Notes: generated by a model not told the origin, from the letters alone. A stretch of DNA of 64,000 bases from Bacteroidaceae bacterium (GCA_045594245.1 JAZNYG010000015.1:29252-93251), one strand, 5' to 3'. Shown: positions 17,916 to 29,430, counted from the stretch's first letter. Translations and numbers: made by a program.

Positions 17916-19247
17916 ATGAAGCGAATCGTAATATTAGGCGGTGGAGAGAGTGGCGTAGGTGCCGCTGTCCTGGCACAGAAGATGGGTTTCGATGTATTCC
18001 TCTCCGATATGTCGAAGATCAAGGAGCATTACAAGCAGATGCTCGACGAGTATCATATCGCATGGGAGGACGGGCAGCATACCGAGGCGCTCATCCTGAA
18101 TGCCGACGAGGTGATCAAGAGCCCCGGCATACCGGGCGACGCACCCATGATGCTCAAGATACAGGAGCGGGGCATACCGGTCATCTCGGAGATTGAGTTT
18201 GCCGGACGCTACACCGATGCCAAGATGGTGTGTATCACGGGTAGTAACGGTAAGACAACCACTACATCGCTCATCTACCATATATTCAAGAGCGCAGGCT
18301 ACAATGTGGGGCTTGCGGGAAATATCGGGCAGAGCCTGGCTTATCAGGTGGCTACATGTGACTATGACTGGTATATCATCGAGCTGAGCAGCTTCCAACT
18401 CGACAATATGTATGAGTTCCGTGCCAACATCGCCATCCTGCTCAACATCACCCCCGACCATCTCGACCGCTACAACCACAATATGCAGGAGTATGTGGAT
18501 GCCAAGTTCCGCATCGTGCAGAACCAGACCGATGATGATGCCTTCATCTTCTGGAACGACGACCCCATCATCCAGCGCGAGCTCTCCAAGCATGGCATAC
18601 ATGCCAGACTGTACCCCTTTGCTGAGGACAAGCGCGAGGGTGTCACGGCCTACACCGATGCCGACGAGCTGTACTTCACCGCTCCCTATGCCTTCAATAT
18701 GGAGCAGGAGGAGCTGGCCCTCACCGGCAAGCACAACCTGTACAACTCGATGGCAGCGGGTATCTCGGCGGGTATCTCGGGTATCCGCAAGGAGGTGATA
18801 CGCGAGGCACTGGCGACCTTCAAGGGTGTGGAGCATCGCTTGGAATATGTGACGCGGGTGCGTGGGGTGGACTATATCAACGACTCCAAGGCCACAAATG
18901 TGAACAGTTGCTGGTATGCCCTGCAGAGCATGACGCAGAAGACCATCCTTATCCTTGGCGGCAAGGACAAGGGCAACGACTATAGTGAGATTGCCGACGT
19001 CGTGCGTGAGAAGTGTGTGGGACTCATCTATATGGGTTTGCACAATGAGAAGCTGCACGAGTTCTTCGACCCCTTCGGTTTGCCTGTGGCCGATGTGCAG
19101 AGCATGAAGGATGCCGTCGATGCGGCCTATCGTATGGCGCAGAAGGGCGAAGTCGTGCTGCTCAGCCCCTGTTGCGCCAGCTTCGACCTCTTCAAGAGCT
19201 ACGAAGACCGCGGTGAACAGTTTAAGGAGTGGGTGAGAAAATTGTAG
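17916..19247 (+). CDS. murD: UDP-N-acetylmuramoylalanine--D-glutamate ligase
   Basis: ITGSNGKTTT P-loop, Mur ligase layout and dcw position. Confidence 0.95.
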   Translation: MKRIVILGGGESGVGAAVLAQKMGFDVFLSDMSKIKEHYKQMLDEYHIAWEDGQHTEALILNADEVIKSPGIPGDAPMMLKIQERGIPVISEIEFAGRYTDAKMVCITGSNGKTTTTSLIYHIFKSAGYNVGLAGNIGQSLAYQVATCDYDWYIIELSSFQLDNMYEFRANIAILLNITPDHLDRYNHNMQEYVDAKFRIVQNQTDDDAFIFWNDDPIIQRELSKHGIHARLYPFAEDKREGVTAYTDADELYFTAPYAFNMEQEELALTGKHNLYNSMAAGISAGISGIRKEVIREALATFKGVEHRLEYVTRVRGVDYINDSKATNVNSCWYALQSMTQKTILILGGKDKGNDYSEIADVVREKCVGLIYMGLHNEKLHEFFDPFGLPVADVQSMKDAVDAAYRMAQKGEVVLLSPCCASFDLFKSYEDRGEQFKEWVRKL

Positions 19248-19254
19248 TTATTTA

Positions 19255-19362
19255 GGAGTTCAGGAGTCAGGAGTTCAGACAATACCGCAGTTACGCGAGA
19301 GCCAAGTGTTTCGCTATTGTCTGCACTCCTAAGCGAAGCGTCACTCCTGACTCCTGAACTCC
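19255..19362 (+). repeat. 108-nt extended hairpin element in the murD-ftsW spacer
   Basis: Perfect 20-bp inverted arms: ggagttcaggagtcaggagt (19255-19274) and actcctgactcctgaactcc (19343-19362). An inner 9-bp stem pairs cagacaata with tattgtctg. Confidence 0.85.
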
Positions 19363-19370
19363 ATAAAAAA

Positions 19371-19378
19371 TAAATTTG
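19371..19378 (+). promoter_or_regulatory. -7 box TAAATTTG (internal, upstream of ftsW)
   Basis: Exact motif, 20 nt upstream of the ftsW ATG and directly after the 108-nt hairpin. Confidence 0.35.
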
Positions 19379-19397
19379 TAAATTGTAAATCAAATCG

Positions 19398-20633
19398 ATG
19401 GATTTCCTGAATAGAGTATTTCGTGGCGACAAGGTCGTATGGGTAGTGTTTATGCTGCTCCTGCTCATCTCGGTAGTTGAGGTGTTCAGTGCGGCCAGTA
19501 TGCTTACTTATAAGAGTGGTGGTAACTACTGGTGGCCTATCCGTGAGCATAGTACCAACCTGCTGCTGGGATGTGTGGTGGTGTATGCCGCGCACCTCAT
19601 CCCTTATCGCTTTTATAAAGCCATACCGCTGGTGTTGGTGCCGGTGTCGGTATGTCTGCTAGTGTATGTATTGTTTAAGGGTTCCGATGTCAATGATGCT
19701 GCCCGCTGGATGAGGATTGCAGGCTTTTCCATCCAACCCTCTGAGTTTGCTAAGGTGGGGGTGATCATGGGTACGGCGCTCATCCTCTCGCGCATGCAGA
19801 CGGAGGACGGAGCCACACCCAATGCCATGAAGTGGATATTGTGGATGACGGGTATCGTGTGCGGACTCATTGCGCCGGAGAATCTCTCAACTGCGGTATT
19901 GCTCTTTGGCGTGGTATTCTTGATGATGTATGTGGGTCGCATACCGCTGCGGCAGCTGGGCAAGCTGGTGTTGGTGCTAGGTGCTGCTGTTGCGCTCTTT
20001 CTTTCCGTGTTGCTCTTCGTGCCCAGCAAGACATTGAGCAATATTCCCGGACTCAATCGTCTGACCACTTGGCAGGCCCGTATACAACGTTTTGGTGATT
20101 CTGAGGCGGTGCCTGCCGCGCAGTTCAAGATTACCGATGAGAACTTCCAGGAGACTCATGCCACGATAGCCATTGCATCGAGCAATATCATAGGTCGTGG
20201 ACCGGGCAACTCCGTGGAGCGTGACTATCTGCCTCAGGCGTATTCCGACTTCATCTTTGCTATCATCATCGAGGAGCTGGGACTTGTGGGTGGTGCCTTT
20301 GTGGTACTTCTCTATATCATCTTGCTCATACGAGCGGCCAAGATAGCGCAGAAGTGCCGGAGCTACTTCCCTGCCTTCCTGGTGATGGGCTGTGCGCTGA
20401 TGCTGGTAGCGCAGGCCACCATCAATATGATGGTAGCCGTAGGCCTCTTCCCCGTGACAGGACAGCCTCTGCCCCTGATAAGTCGTGGTGGTACCTCTAC
20501 CATTATCAACTGCGGCTACATTGGAATGATACTCAGCGTGAGCTACTATACGGAGAAGATGAACCGGAATGCGCAGACTGCTGAGGCCGTGCATACCGAA
20601 GAGGATATACCAAAGATATTAAGAGAAGAATGA
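19398..20633 (+). CDS. ftsW: SEDS-family peptidoglycan polymerase FtsW
   Basis: Multi-TM protein with PSEFAKV and SRGGTS motifs. Confidence 0.9.
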   Translation: MDFLNRVFRGDKVVWVVFMLLLLISVVEVFSAASMLTYKSGGNYWWPIREHSTNLLLGCVVVYAAHLIPYRFYKAIPLVLVPVSVCLLVYVLFKGSDVNDAARWMRIAGFSIQPSEFAKVGVIMGTALILSRMQTEDGATPNAMKWILWMTGIVCGLIAPENLSTAVLLFGVVFLMMYVGRIPLRQLGKLVLVLGAAVALFLSVLLFVPSKTLSNIPGLNRLTTWQARIQRFGDSEAVPAAQFKITDENFQETHATIAIASSNIIGRGPGNSVERDYLPQAYSDFIFAIIIEELGLVGGAFVVLLYIILLIRAAKIAQKCRSYFPAFLVMGCALMLVAQATINMMVAVGLFPVTGQPLPLISRGGTSTIINCGYIGMILSVSYYTEKMNRNAQTAEAVHTEEDIPKILREE

Positions 20634-21766
20634 ATATGAACAATATCCGACTTATTGTCAGTGGTGGCGGTACAGGCGGGCATATCTTTCCCGCCTTGTC
20701 GATTGCCAATGCCGTGAAGGCTAAGTGTCCCGATTCCGAGATACTCTTCGTGGGTGCCGAGAATCGTATGGAGATGCAGCGCGTGCCTGCTGCGGGGTAC
20801 CGTATTATCGGTTTGCCGGTGAGCGGCTTCGACCGCAAGCACCTGCTCAAGAATATTGCTGTGCTGTGGCGCCTGATGAAGAGTCGCCGCAAGGCACGCC
20901 GTATCATCCGTGACTTCCGTCCTCATGTGGCTGTGGGCGTGGGTGGTTATGCCAGTGGTCCTACCTTGAAGGAGGCCGGTGCGATGGGCATCCCCACGCT
21001 GCTGCAGGAGCAAAACTCCTATGCCGGCGTCACCAACAAGCTGTTGGCCAAGCAGGCCGACTGCATCTGCGTGGCCTACGAGGGCATGGAGCGTTTCTTC
21101 CCGAAGGACAAGATCAAGCTTACGGGTAATCCCGTGCGGCAGAACCTCTTGGAGGCCTCCATCACGCACGATGAGGCTGTGCGCACCTTCGGCCTCGACC
21201 CCGCGAAGAAGACCATCCTCATCGTTGGTGGCAGTCTCGGTGCCCGTACGCTGAATGAGAGTATGCTGCAGGCGTGGGACACCCTTGGGAAGTCCGACGT
21301 ACAGTTTATCTGGCAGACGGGCAAGTACTACCACGAGCAGATTACCGCTCAGCTGCGTGGTCGCGAGTTGCCGAATGTGCATGTGTGCGACTTCATCAGC
21401 AGCATGGATGCTGCTTACGCTGCTGCCGACCTGGTCATCTCCCGTGCCGGGGCAGGCTCCATCTCTGAGTTCTGCCTGCTGGGCAAGGCGGTGATACTGG
21501 TGCCCTCGCCCAATGTCGCCGAGGACCATCAGACCAAGAACGCCCTTGCCCTGGTGGATAAGGCAGCGGCTCTCTACGTCAAGGATGCCGATGCCACAGC
21601 CAAGCTGGTAGCTCTCGCTCTCGCCACGGTAGAGGACGAAGGCAAGTTGGCACAGCTGCGCACAAACATACTCACCTTAGCTTTCCATCATTCAGCCGAG
21701 GTCATTGCCGACGAGGTGATAGCATTGGCAATGAAATATAGGAAGATGCGTGACATAATAGGATAA
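20630..21766 (+). CDS. murG: Undecaprenyldiphospho-muramoylpentapeptide beta-N-acetylglucosaminyltransferase
   Basis: GGGTGGHIFPA G-loop. ATGA overlap with the ftsW stop. Confidence 0.95.
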   Translation: MNMNNIRLIVSGGGTGGHIFPALSIANAVKAKCPDSEILFVGAENRMEMQRVPAAGYRIIGLPVSGFDRKHLLKNIAVLWRLMKSRRKARRIIRDFRPHVAVGVGGYASGPTLKEAGAMGIPTLLQEQNSYAGVTNKLLAKQADCICVAYEGMERFFPKDKIKLTGNPVRQNLLEASITHDEAVRTFGLDPAKKTILIVGGSLGARTLNESMLQAWDTLGKSDVQFIWQTGKYYHEQITAQLRGRELPNVHVCDFISSMDAAYAAADLVISRAGAGSISEFCLLGKAVILVPSPNVAEDHQTKNALALVDKAAALYVKDADATAKLVALALATVEDEGKLAQLRTNILTLAFHHSAEVIADEVIALAMKYRKMRDIIG

Positions 21767-21842
21767 TGCTATCAATGTTTGGGATATTTTATGAGAATCT
21801 CATACTTTCGTTAGGTAATTTGGTATAGTCAGTAGAAATAAT

Positions 21843-21850
21843 TACTTTTG
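21843..21850 (+). promoter_or_regulatory. -7 box TACTTTTG (S9 peptidase)
   Basis: Exact motif, 29 nt upstream of the ATG. Confidence 0.5.
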
Positions 21851-21878
21851 TATCAATAAATATGTTGACATAGTTAAA

Positions 21879-24413
21879 ATGAGGAAAACAATACTATTGG
21901 CTGCAATTTTAGCAACATGTACTTTGAGGACACAAGCTCAAGTAATTCAAAGTTACCAGGTGCGCGATGCAGTGACCCTGCGCGGTCCCATCGAGACCGA
22001 CAGCATCAACGGTGAAGGCCGTAAGTTTGAAACCAAGAACCTGCTGGGCACAGCCATCGGCCTCAATCAGGACAACTACACCACCCAGGCTATGGAGGTC
22101 GACACGGCTGGCTTCATCACCTTGGCCAAGGCCGACGGCGAGCACCTCATCTATGTGGTGAGCACACAGATCCGTGCCGACCGCTTCATGAAGGGCAAAC
22201 TGAAGGTGACCTCTCCCGTCCGCTGGGAGGCCTATATCGATGGCGCTTCGAAATCCAAGAAGGAGAATGCCGACGACAGCCTCAACGTGAAGACTGCTCA
22301 GGACATCGCCTTGCGACTGGAGCCCGAACGCAACTACGAGATTACCCTCAAACTGCTCGCCCACAAGGACGACAAGGTGGCTCCTGCCTTCAAGTGCGAG
22401 GTGGTGGCCGACAAGGACTACGAGGGTACCACCCTGCTCTCTGGGCACGACCTCAAGAAACGCTTCACCCTTGACAATACCGTATATGGCAACCGCGTGA
22501 TCGACGTGGCTGTATCGCCCAGCGGCAAGTACCTCCTTACTCGTTATTGGTACAACTACAGCAAGGACCGTCAACACGTATATGCCCAGCTATCAGAGAC
22601 CAAGACAGGCAAGGTGCTCCTCGCCAATGCCAAGGATGGCATGCGCTGGATGCCCAAGAGCGACAAGCTCTACTACACCGCCACGGCAGCCACAGGCAAC
22701 AATGTCATCACCCTCGACCCCGCCACACTCACCGAGGAGGTACTGCTCACCGAGATTCCCGCCGAGAGCTTCACCTGGGCGCCCACCGAGGACTACCTCA
22801 TCTACTACCCCAGAGAGAACGGACAGGCCGAGCAGGGTCCGCTGAAGCGCGTGGTAACCCCGCGCGACCGCATCCCCGGCAGCCGTGGGCGTAGCTTCCT
22901 GGCCAAGTACGACATCAAGAAGGGCACCACCGAACGCCTTACCTACGGTAAGCGCTCGAGCTACCTCAACGACATCAGCCAGGATGGCACGAGGATACTC
23001 TTCAGCACCAGCGCCGAGGCTCCCACCGAGCGCCCCTTCGGCAAGACATCGATATACCAGCTCGACCTCAATACCTACACGATAGACACCCTCGTCTATG
23101 AAAATGCCTTCGTAGATGGTGCCGACTATTCACCCGACGGCACCCAGGTGCTCTTCACCGGAAGTGCAGAATCCTTCGATGGAATCGGCAAAAATTGCGG
23201 TTCACACCCCATCGCCAACGACTACGACAAGCAAGCCTTCATCATGGATCTTGCCACACGCGAGGTGACACCCATCACCAAGGATTTTGACCCTTCGGTG
23301 AGCGTGCTCCAATGGAACGTGGCCGACCACCACATCTACTTCACCACCGAAGACAAGGATGAGCAGAACATCTACCGCTACAACACCACGAAGAAGAGCT
23401 TTGAGCAGCTGCCGCTTGAGATCTCCGTGACCCAGCGCTTCGCACTGCCCTCGCAGAGTGCCACCGTCGCCGCCTACTATGGTCAGGACGACCACACCGC
23501 TGGCGTGGGCTACCTCTTTGACCTGAAGAAAAATCGCTCGCGCCTCATCGCCGACCCCATGAAGCCTATCCTCGACGAGATAGAGCTGGGCGAGACACAC
23601 GAGTGGAACTTCACCGCCTCGGACGGTACCCTCATCCACGGCAAGTACTGCCTGCCTCCCTCGTTCGACCCCGAGAAGAAATACCCTCTCATTGTCTACT
23701 ACTATGGCGGCACCTCACCCACGGTCAAGGGCATCAGCAACCCCTACTGCGCACAGCTCTTCGCCTCACGTGACTACGTGGTCTATGTCATCCAGCCCAG
23801 CGGCACCACAGGCTTCGGTCAGGAGTTTGCCGCCCGCCACGTCAATGCGTGGGGTAAGCGCACAGCCGACGACATCATCGAGGGCACCAAGCAGTTCTGC
23901 AAGGAGCACCACTACGTGGATGCCGACAAGATAGGTTGCCTCGGAGCATCGTACGGAGGCTTCATGACACAGTACCTGCAGACCCAGACCGACATCTTCG
24001 CTGCCGCCGTATCACATGCCGGTATCAGCAACGTCACCAGCTACTGGGGCGAGGGCTACTGGGGCTACAGCTACAATGCCATTGCCGCTGCCGACAGCTA
24101 CCCTTGGCAGAACCCCGACCTCTTCACCAAGCAGGGCTCGCTCTTCAATGCCGACAAGATCAATACCCCGCTGTTGCTCCTCCACGGCACCGTAGACGCC
24201 AACGTGCCCATCGGCGAGAGCATCCAGCTCTTCAACGCCCTGAAGATTCTGGGCAAGCCTGTAGAGTTCATCCAGGTAGAGGGCGAGAACCACTTCGTAG
24301 CTGACTATGCAAAACGCGTGCTCTGGCACAACACCATCATGGCATGGTTTGCCCGCTACCTGCAAGGCACCGATAAGTGGTGGAACGACCTCTATCCTGC
24401 GCGTCATCTGTAA
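21879..24413 (+). CDS. S9 family serine peptidase (prolyl oligopeptidase/dipeptidyl peptidase type)
   Basis: Signal peptide and a long propeller-like N-terminal region. C-terminal alpha/beta hydrolase with the GASYGGF nucleophile elbow. Confidence 0.85.
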   Translation: MRKTILLAAILATCTLRTQAQVIQSYQVRDAVTLRGPIETDSINGEGRKFETKNLLGTAIGLNQDNYTTQAMEVDTAGFITLAKADGEHLIYVVSTQIRADRFMKGKLKVTSPVRWEAYIDGASKSKKENADDSLNVKTAQDIALRLEPERNYEITLKLLAHKDDKVAPAFKCEVVADKDYEGTTLLSGHDLKKRFTLDNTVYGNRVIDVAVSPSGKYLLTRYWYNYSKDRQHVYAQLSETKTGKVLLANAKDGMRWMPKSDKLYYTATAATGNNVITLDPATLTEEVLLTEIPAESFTWAPTEDYLIYYPRENGQAEQGPLKRVVTPRDRIPGSRGRSFLAKYDIKKGTTERLTYGKRSSYLNDISQDGTRILFSTSAEAPTERPFGKTSIYQLDLNTYTIDTLVYENAFVDGADYSPDGTQVLFTGSAESFDGIGKNCGSHPIANDYDKQAFIMDLATREVTPITKDFDPSVSVLQWNVADHHIYFTTEDKDEQNIYRYNTTKKSFEQLPLEISVTQRFALPSQSATVAAYYGQDDHTAGVGYLFDLKKNRSRLIADPMKPILDEIELGETHEWNFTASDGTLIHGKYCLPPSFDPEKKYPLIVYYYGGTSPTVKGISNPYCAQLFASRDYVVYVIQPSGTTGFGQEFAARHVNAWGKRTADDIIEGTKQFCKEHHYVDADKIGCLGASYGGFMTQYLQTQTDIFAAAVSHAGISNVTSYWGEGYWGYSYNAIAAADSYPWQNPDLFTKQGSLFNADKINTPLLLLHGTVDANVPIGESIQLFNALKILGKPVEFIQVEGENHFVADYAKRVLWHNTIMAWFARYLQGTDKWWNDLYPARHL

Positions 24414-24424
24414 ATTCGTTGGTT

Positions 24425-24450
24425 TTAATGCTTATTTTCACAAGCATTAA
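24425..24450 (+). terminator. Weak hairpin after the S9 peptidase gene
   Basis: 9-bp A/T-rich stem ttaatgctt/aagcattaa with no T-run directly after it. Confidence 0.3.
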
Positions 24451-24493
24451 GCAAAAAAATGGTTTTTCGCAATGAAAGTCGGCAAATGTTAAC

Positions 24494-24501
24494 TATCTTT
24501 G
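24494..24501 (+). promoter_or_regulatory. -7 box TATCTTTG (TPR lipoprotein)
   Basis: Exact motif, 55 nt upstream of the ATG at 24556. Confidence 0.45.
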
Positions 24502-24555
24502 CACCTTGAAATGGAAATTGGATCTAATAAAAATAAAAAATTAACAACATTCACA

Positions 24556-26244
24556 ATGAAAAAAATTCATGTATCTCTTTTTGCTGCAGCTCTGTTGATG
24601 CTTTGCTCATGCAGTAATAAATTAGGTGAGCTTTCGTCAAACTATTTTGCTGTAACTCCTCAACTTCTTGAAGCCGTAAATGGCGAAGTGCCTGTAACCA
24701 TTTCTGGAACCTTCCCCGGAAAGTTTTTCCCTAAGAAGGCTGTAATTACAGTAACTCCTGTATTGAGATATGAAGGTGGTTCTGTAAGTGGTGATTCATA
24801 CACCTTTATCGGCGAAAAGGTAGAAGGCAACAGTCAAGTTATTCCATATAAGACTGGTGGTAACTTCACAATGAAGAGTTCTTTTGACTATATCCCTGAG
24901 ATGGCTAAATCAGAATTGTATCTTGAGTTTACTGCAAAGGTGAAAAACAAGGCAAAGGCACTTCCTGCTGTTAAAGTGGCTGATGGCGTATTGGCAACTG
25001 CTGAATTGTATAGCCAAACTACCACATCTACCAAACCTGCATATGCTGAAGATGCATTTCAGCGTGTTATCAAACAAGCTAAGCAGGCCAACATCATGTT
25101 CCTTATTCAGCAGACCAACCTTCGTTGGAGTGAACTCAATTCAGCAGAGATGAATGAGTTTACAGAGACCCTCAAGGATATTAAGGCAGATACAGAGAAT
25201 AAGGTACTTGACAATGTAGAGGTTTCTGCTTATGCCTCGCCTGATGGTGGTCTTGATCTTAACGATCGTTTGGCTGCTCAACGCCAGAGTAATGCCGAGT
25301 CACATGTACACAAACTCCTGAAAAAGAATAAGGTGGATGCTTCTGTTGATACAGAATATACAGCAGAGGATTGGGAGGGTTTTCAAGAACTTGTTGCAGG
25401 ATCAAATATTCCTGATAAGGACCTCATCTTGCGTGTGCTTTCTATGTACAATGAGCCGGAGGTAAGAGAGCGTGAGATTAAGAATATTTCTGCCGTATAT
25501 GGAGAACTGGCCGAGGAAATCCTTCCTCAATTGCGCCGTGCACGCCTTACCCTCAACTACCAGCTAATTGGTCGTTCTGATGAGCAGATTCTTACAGCAA
25601 TAAAGGAAGATGCTTCTGTCTTGAGTGTTGAGGAACTCCTCTATGCTGCTACTCTCGTTGAGAGCGCTAATGAGAAGACGAACATCTACAATAAGACAGT
25701 AAAACTCTATCCTAATGACTATCGTGCATACAACAACCTGGCTGAACTTGCAATGAATGTAGGTGACTATGCTGCTGCAAAGAATTATCTTAAGAAAGCT
25801 ATTAAGCTTAATGCTTCAGCCGCAGAGGTTAATACTAACTTGGGTATGCTAGCGCTTATTGATGGAAACGTAGCTGATGCAGAAGGCTATCTTGTAAAGG
25901 GTACTGATGCTAAGGCTAACGAAGCTGCTTTAGGTAACTTGTATATTGCACAAGGTCAATATGAGCGTGCAGTAAGTGCTTTTGGTGATACTAAGAGCAA
26001 TGCTGCTGCTTTGGCTCAGATTATGTCGGAGAACTATACTGCAGCCAAGAATACACTCAAGAATGTTGAGACTCCCGATGCCTACACTTACTACCTTAAT
26101 GCAATCGTAGGTGCCCGTACTAATAATGCTGCTATGGTAGCTGAAAACTTGGTAAAGGCTGTTCGTCTTGATTCAAGTCTCCGCAAGAAGGCTGTCAATG
26201 ACGTGGAGTTCAAGAAGTTCGCTTCAGCACTTCTTAATCTCTAA
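24556..26244 (+). CDS. TPR-repeat lipoprotein
   Basis: The ATG at 24556 gives MKKIHVSLFAAALLMLCSC (lipobox). The C-terminal third has TPR-like repeats (YRAYNNLAELAMNVGDYAAAKNYLKKAIKLN). The track start at 24499 is a TTG inside the -7 box. Confidence 0.6.
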   Translation: MKKIHVSLFAAALLMLCSCSNKLGELSSNYFAVTPQLLEAVNGEVPVTISGTFPGKFFPKKAVITVTPVLRYEGGSVSGDSYTFIGEKVEGNSQVIPYKTGGNFTMKSSFDYIPEMAKSELYLEFTAKVKNKAKALPAVKVADGVLATAELYSQTTTSTKPAYAEDAFQRVIKQAKQANIMFLIQQTNLRWSELNSAEMNEFTETLKDIKADTENKVLDNVEVSAYASPDGGLDLNDRLAAQRQSNAESHVHKLLKKNKVDASVDTEYTAEDWEGFQELVAGSNIPDKDLILRVLSMYNEPEVREREIKNISAVYGELAEEILPQLRRARLTLNYQLIGRSDEQILTAIKEDASVLSVEELLYAATLVESANEKTNIYNKTVKLYPNDYRAYNNLAELAMNVGDYAAAKNYLKKAIKLNASAAEVNTNLGMLALIDGNVADAEGYLVKGTDAKANEAALGNLYIAQGQYERAVSAFGDTKSNAAALAQIMSENYTAAKNTLKNVETPDAYTYYLNAIVGARTNNAAMVAENLVKAVRLDSSLRKKAVNDVEFKKFASALLNL

Positions 26245-26271
26245 AAATAACTACTAATACGCCCTATAAAG

Positions 26272-26313
26272 AGGAGCGGAATTTTGCTCATGGCAAGTTC
26301 TGCTCCTTTTCTC
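26272..26313 (+). terminator. Hairpin terminator after the TPR lipoprotein gene
   Basis: 9-bp stem aggagcgga/tctgctcct (one G-U pair) followed by tttctct. Confidence 0.55.
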
Positions 26314-26336
26314 TAAGTAGTACTTCACTTATATCT

Positions 26337-26747
26337 ATGAAAGAATGTAGTTATGAACTTTTGATGAAGGTGCGTGATTACGAATGTGACCTTCAAGGTA
26401 TTGTTAATAATGCCAACTATCAGCATTATTTAGAACATACTCGTCATGAATATCTCCTGTCTATTGGTCTTAGTTTCGCAGATATGAGTGCTGCAGGTTA
26501 TGACTTTGTTATATCTAAGGTAACACTTAATTATAAGTCTCCACTTCGCAGCCGCGATGAGTTTCGTTCTCGGCTCTATGTCACTAAAGAAGGTATCAAA
26601 TGGATCTTTCATCAAGAGATTGTTCGCGTATCTGATGGGCAGGTATGCCTCAAAGGTGCCGTAGAGAGCGTATGCATACATGAGGGAAGATTATTACGCA
26701 GTACTCCATACGACCATATCCTCGAGGGGCATCTGTTAAATAAATAG
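26337..26747 (+). CDS. Acyl-CoA thioesterase, hotdog fold (YbgC/4HBT-like)
   Basis: 136 aa. The N-terminal RDYECDLQGIVNNANY pattern is typical of 4HBT thioesterases. Confidence 0.75.
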   Translation: MKECSYELLMKVRDYECDLQGIVNNANYQHYLEHTRHEYLLSIGLSFADMSAAGYDFVISKVTLNYKSPLRSRDEFRSRLYVTKEGIKWIFHQEIVRVSDGQVCLKGAVESVCIHEGRLLRSTPYDHILEGHLLNK

Positions 26748-26758
26748 TATTACTCTAT

Positions 26759-27877
26759 ATGGATCAGAAGGAATTACTTAGTCTCATCGCACTGCAACAT
26801 ATCTCTGGTATCGGTAATATCACAGCTAAACGGTTGGTTGAACATATGGGTAGTGCCACCGCGCTTTTCGAACAGCGCACAGAACTGCCAAATATTATTC
26901 CTGAGGTCCGTCCTGCACTTGTAGATGCTCTCAATAGTCCATCTGCACACCGCCGAGCCGAGCAAGAGTTGGATTTTATTGATAAGCACCACATCTCTTG
27001 CCTAGGCTATCATGATGAAGGGTACCCTTCTAGATTACGCGAGTGTGACGATGCCCCAATATTGCTTTTCTACCGAGGTAATACGAATCTTAATCCACGT
27101 CGTGTGGTTAGTATTGTAGGTACACGTAAGTGTACCGATTATGGGCGTGACCTTTGTGATAGTTTTGTTAGAGATCTTGCACTTCAATGTCCCGATGTAC
27201 TTATCGTCAGCGGACTAGCCTACGGTATTGATGTATGTGCCCATCGTGCAGCTCTTAATCATAGTCTTGCCACAGTAGGTGTACTAGCCCATGGCTTAGA
27301 TCGAATATACCCATCCGTTCATCGTAATATCGCGGCACGGATGACTACATGTGGGGGGTTACTTACAGAATATGTTAGTTTTACTGACCCCGAACGTCAA
27401 AATTTCCTTCAGCGCAATCGTATTGTTGCAGGAATGTCCGATGCTACGCTTGTTGTAGAGTCGGCTACAAAGGGAGGGGCGCTTGTAACAGCAAATATTG
27501 CAAATAGTTATGGGCGTGACTGTTTTGCTTTCCCTGGTCGAACAGTTGACAATGCCTCTGCAGGTTGTCATCGCCTTATTCGTCAGCATCAAGCGGCTCT
27601 CATCACCTCTGCCGATGATTTCATAGAAGCTATGATGTGGGATGCTATGGCAAGTGGACATCCTGAAGCCATACAGCGTACTCTCTTTCCCGAACTGAGC
27701 GATGAGGAAAGTCGTGTCGTAGAGGTACTAAGGCAATATGTTGATGGATTACATATTAATAATCTTGTCGTTGAGGCTGATATTCCTATCAACCGGCTTA
27801 GTGCTATTCTTTTTGAACTTGAATTGCGTGGTATTGTACGCCCATCAGCAGGCAGTATGTATCGATTTATAGGCTAA
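26759..27877 (+). CDS. dprA: DNA-processing protein DprA
   Basis: SGLAYGIDVCAHRAAL and the Rossmann-like DprA core, with a C-terminal winged-helix-like tail. Confidence 0.9.
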   Translation: MDQKELLSLIALQHISGIGNITAKRLVEHMGSATALFEQRTELPNIIPEVRPALVDALNSPSAHRRAEQELDFIDKHHISCLGYHDEGYPSRLRECDDAPILLFYRGNTNLNPRRVVSIVGTRKCTDYGRDLCDSFVRDLALQCPDVLIVSGLAYGIDVCAHRAALNHSLATVGVLAHGLDRIYPSVHRNIAARMTTCGGLLTEYVSFTDPERQNFLQRNRIVAGMSDATLVVESATKGGALVTANIANSYGRDCFAFPGRTVDNASAGCHRLIRQHQAALITSADDFIEAMMWDAMASGHPEAIQRTLFPELSDEESRVVEVLRQYVDGLHINNLVVEADIPINRLSAILFELELRGIVRPSAGSMYRFIG

Positions 27878-27955
27878 TAACAATAGGATACAAGGTTTTT
27901 CTTTCAAAAGTTTGAAGTAGTTTCTCGGTTTCTTGTCGATTTCGGTAAGAAACGA

Positions 27956-27963
27956 TAACTTTG
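27956..27963 (+). promoter_or_regulatory. -7 box TAACTTTG (ahcY)
   Basis: Exact motif, 42 nt upstream of the ATG at 28005. Confidence 0.5.
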
Positions 27964-28004
27964 CAGTAAGAATTACTTCTACTTTAGAAATAATATATAA
28001 TAAT

Positions 28005-29423
<1,419 letters not shown>

Positions 29424-29430
29424 ATAATTA

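Noticed and set aside
19255-19362. Invertible promoter (fin-type switch) between the 20-bp inverted repeats.
   Set aside because: The segment between the arms is only 68 bp. It contains no TAnnTTTG box in either orientation, and no dedicated invertase is nearby.
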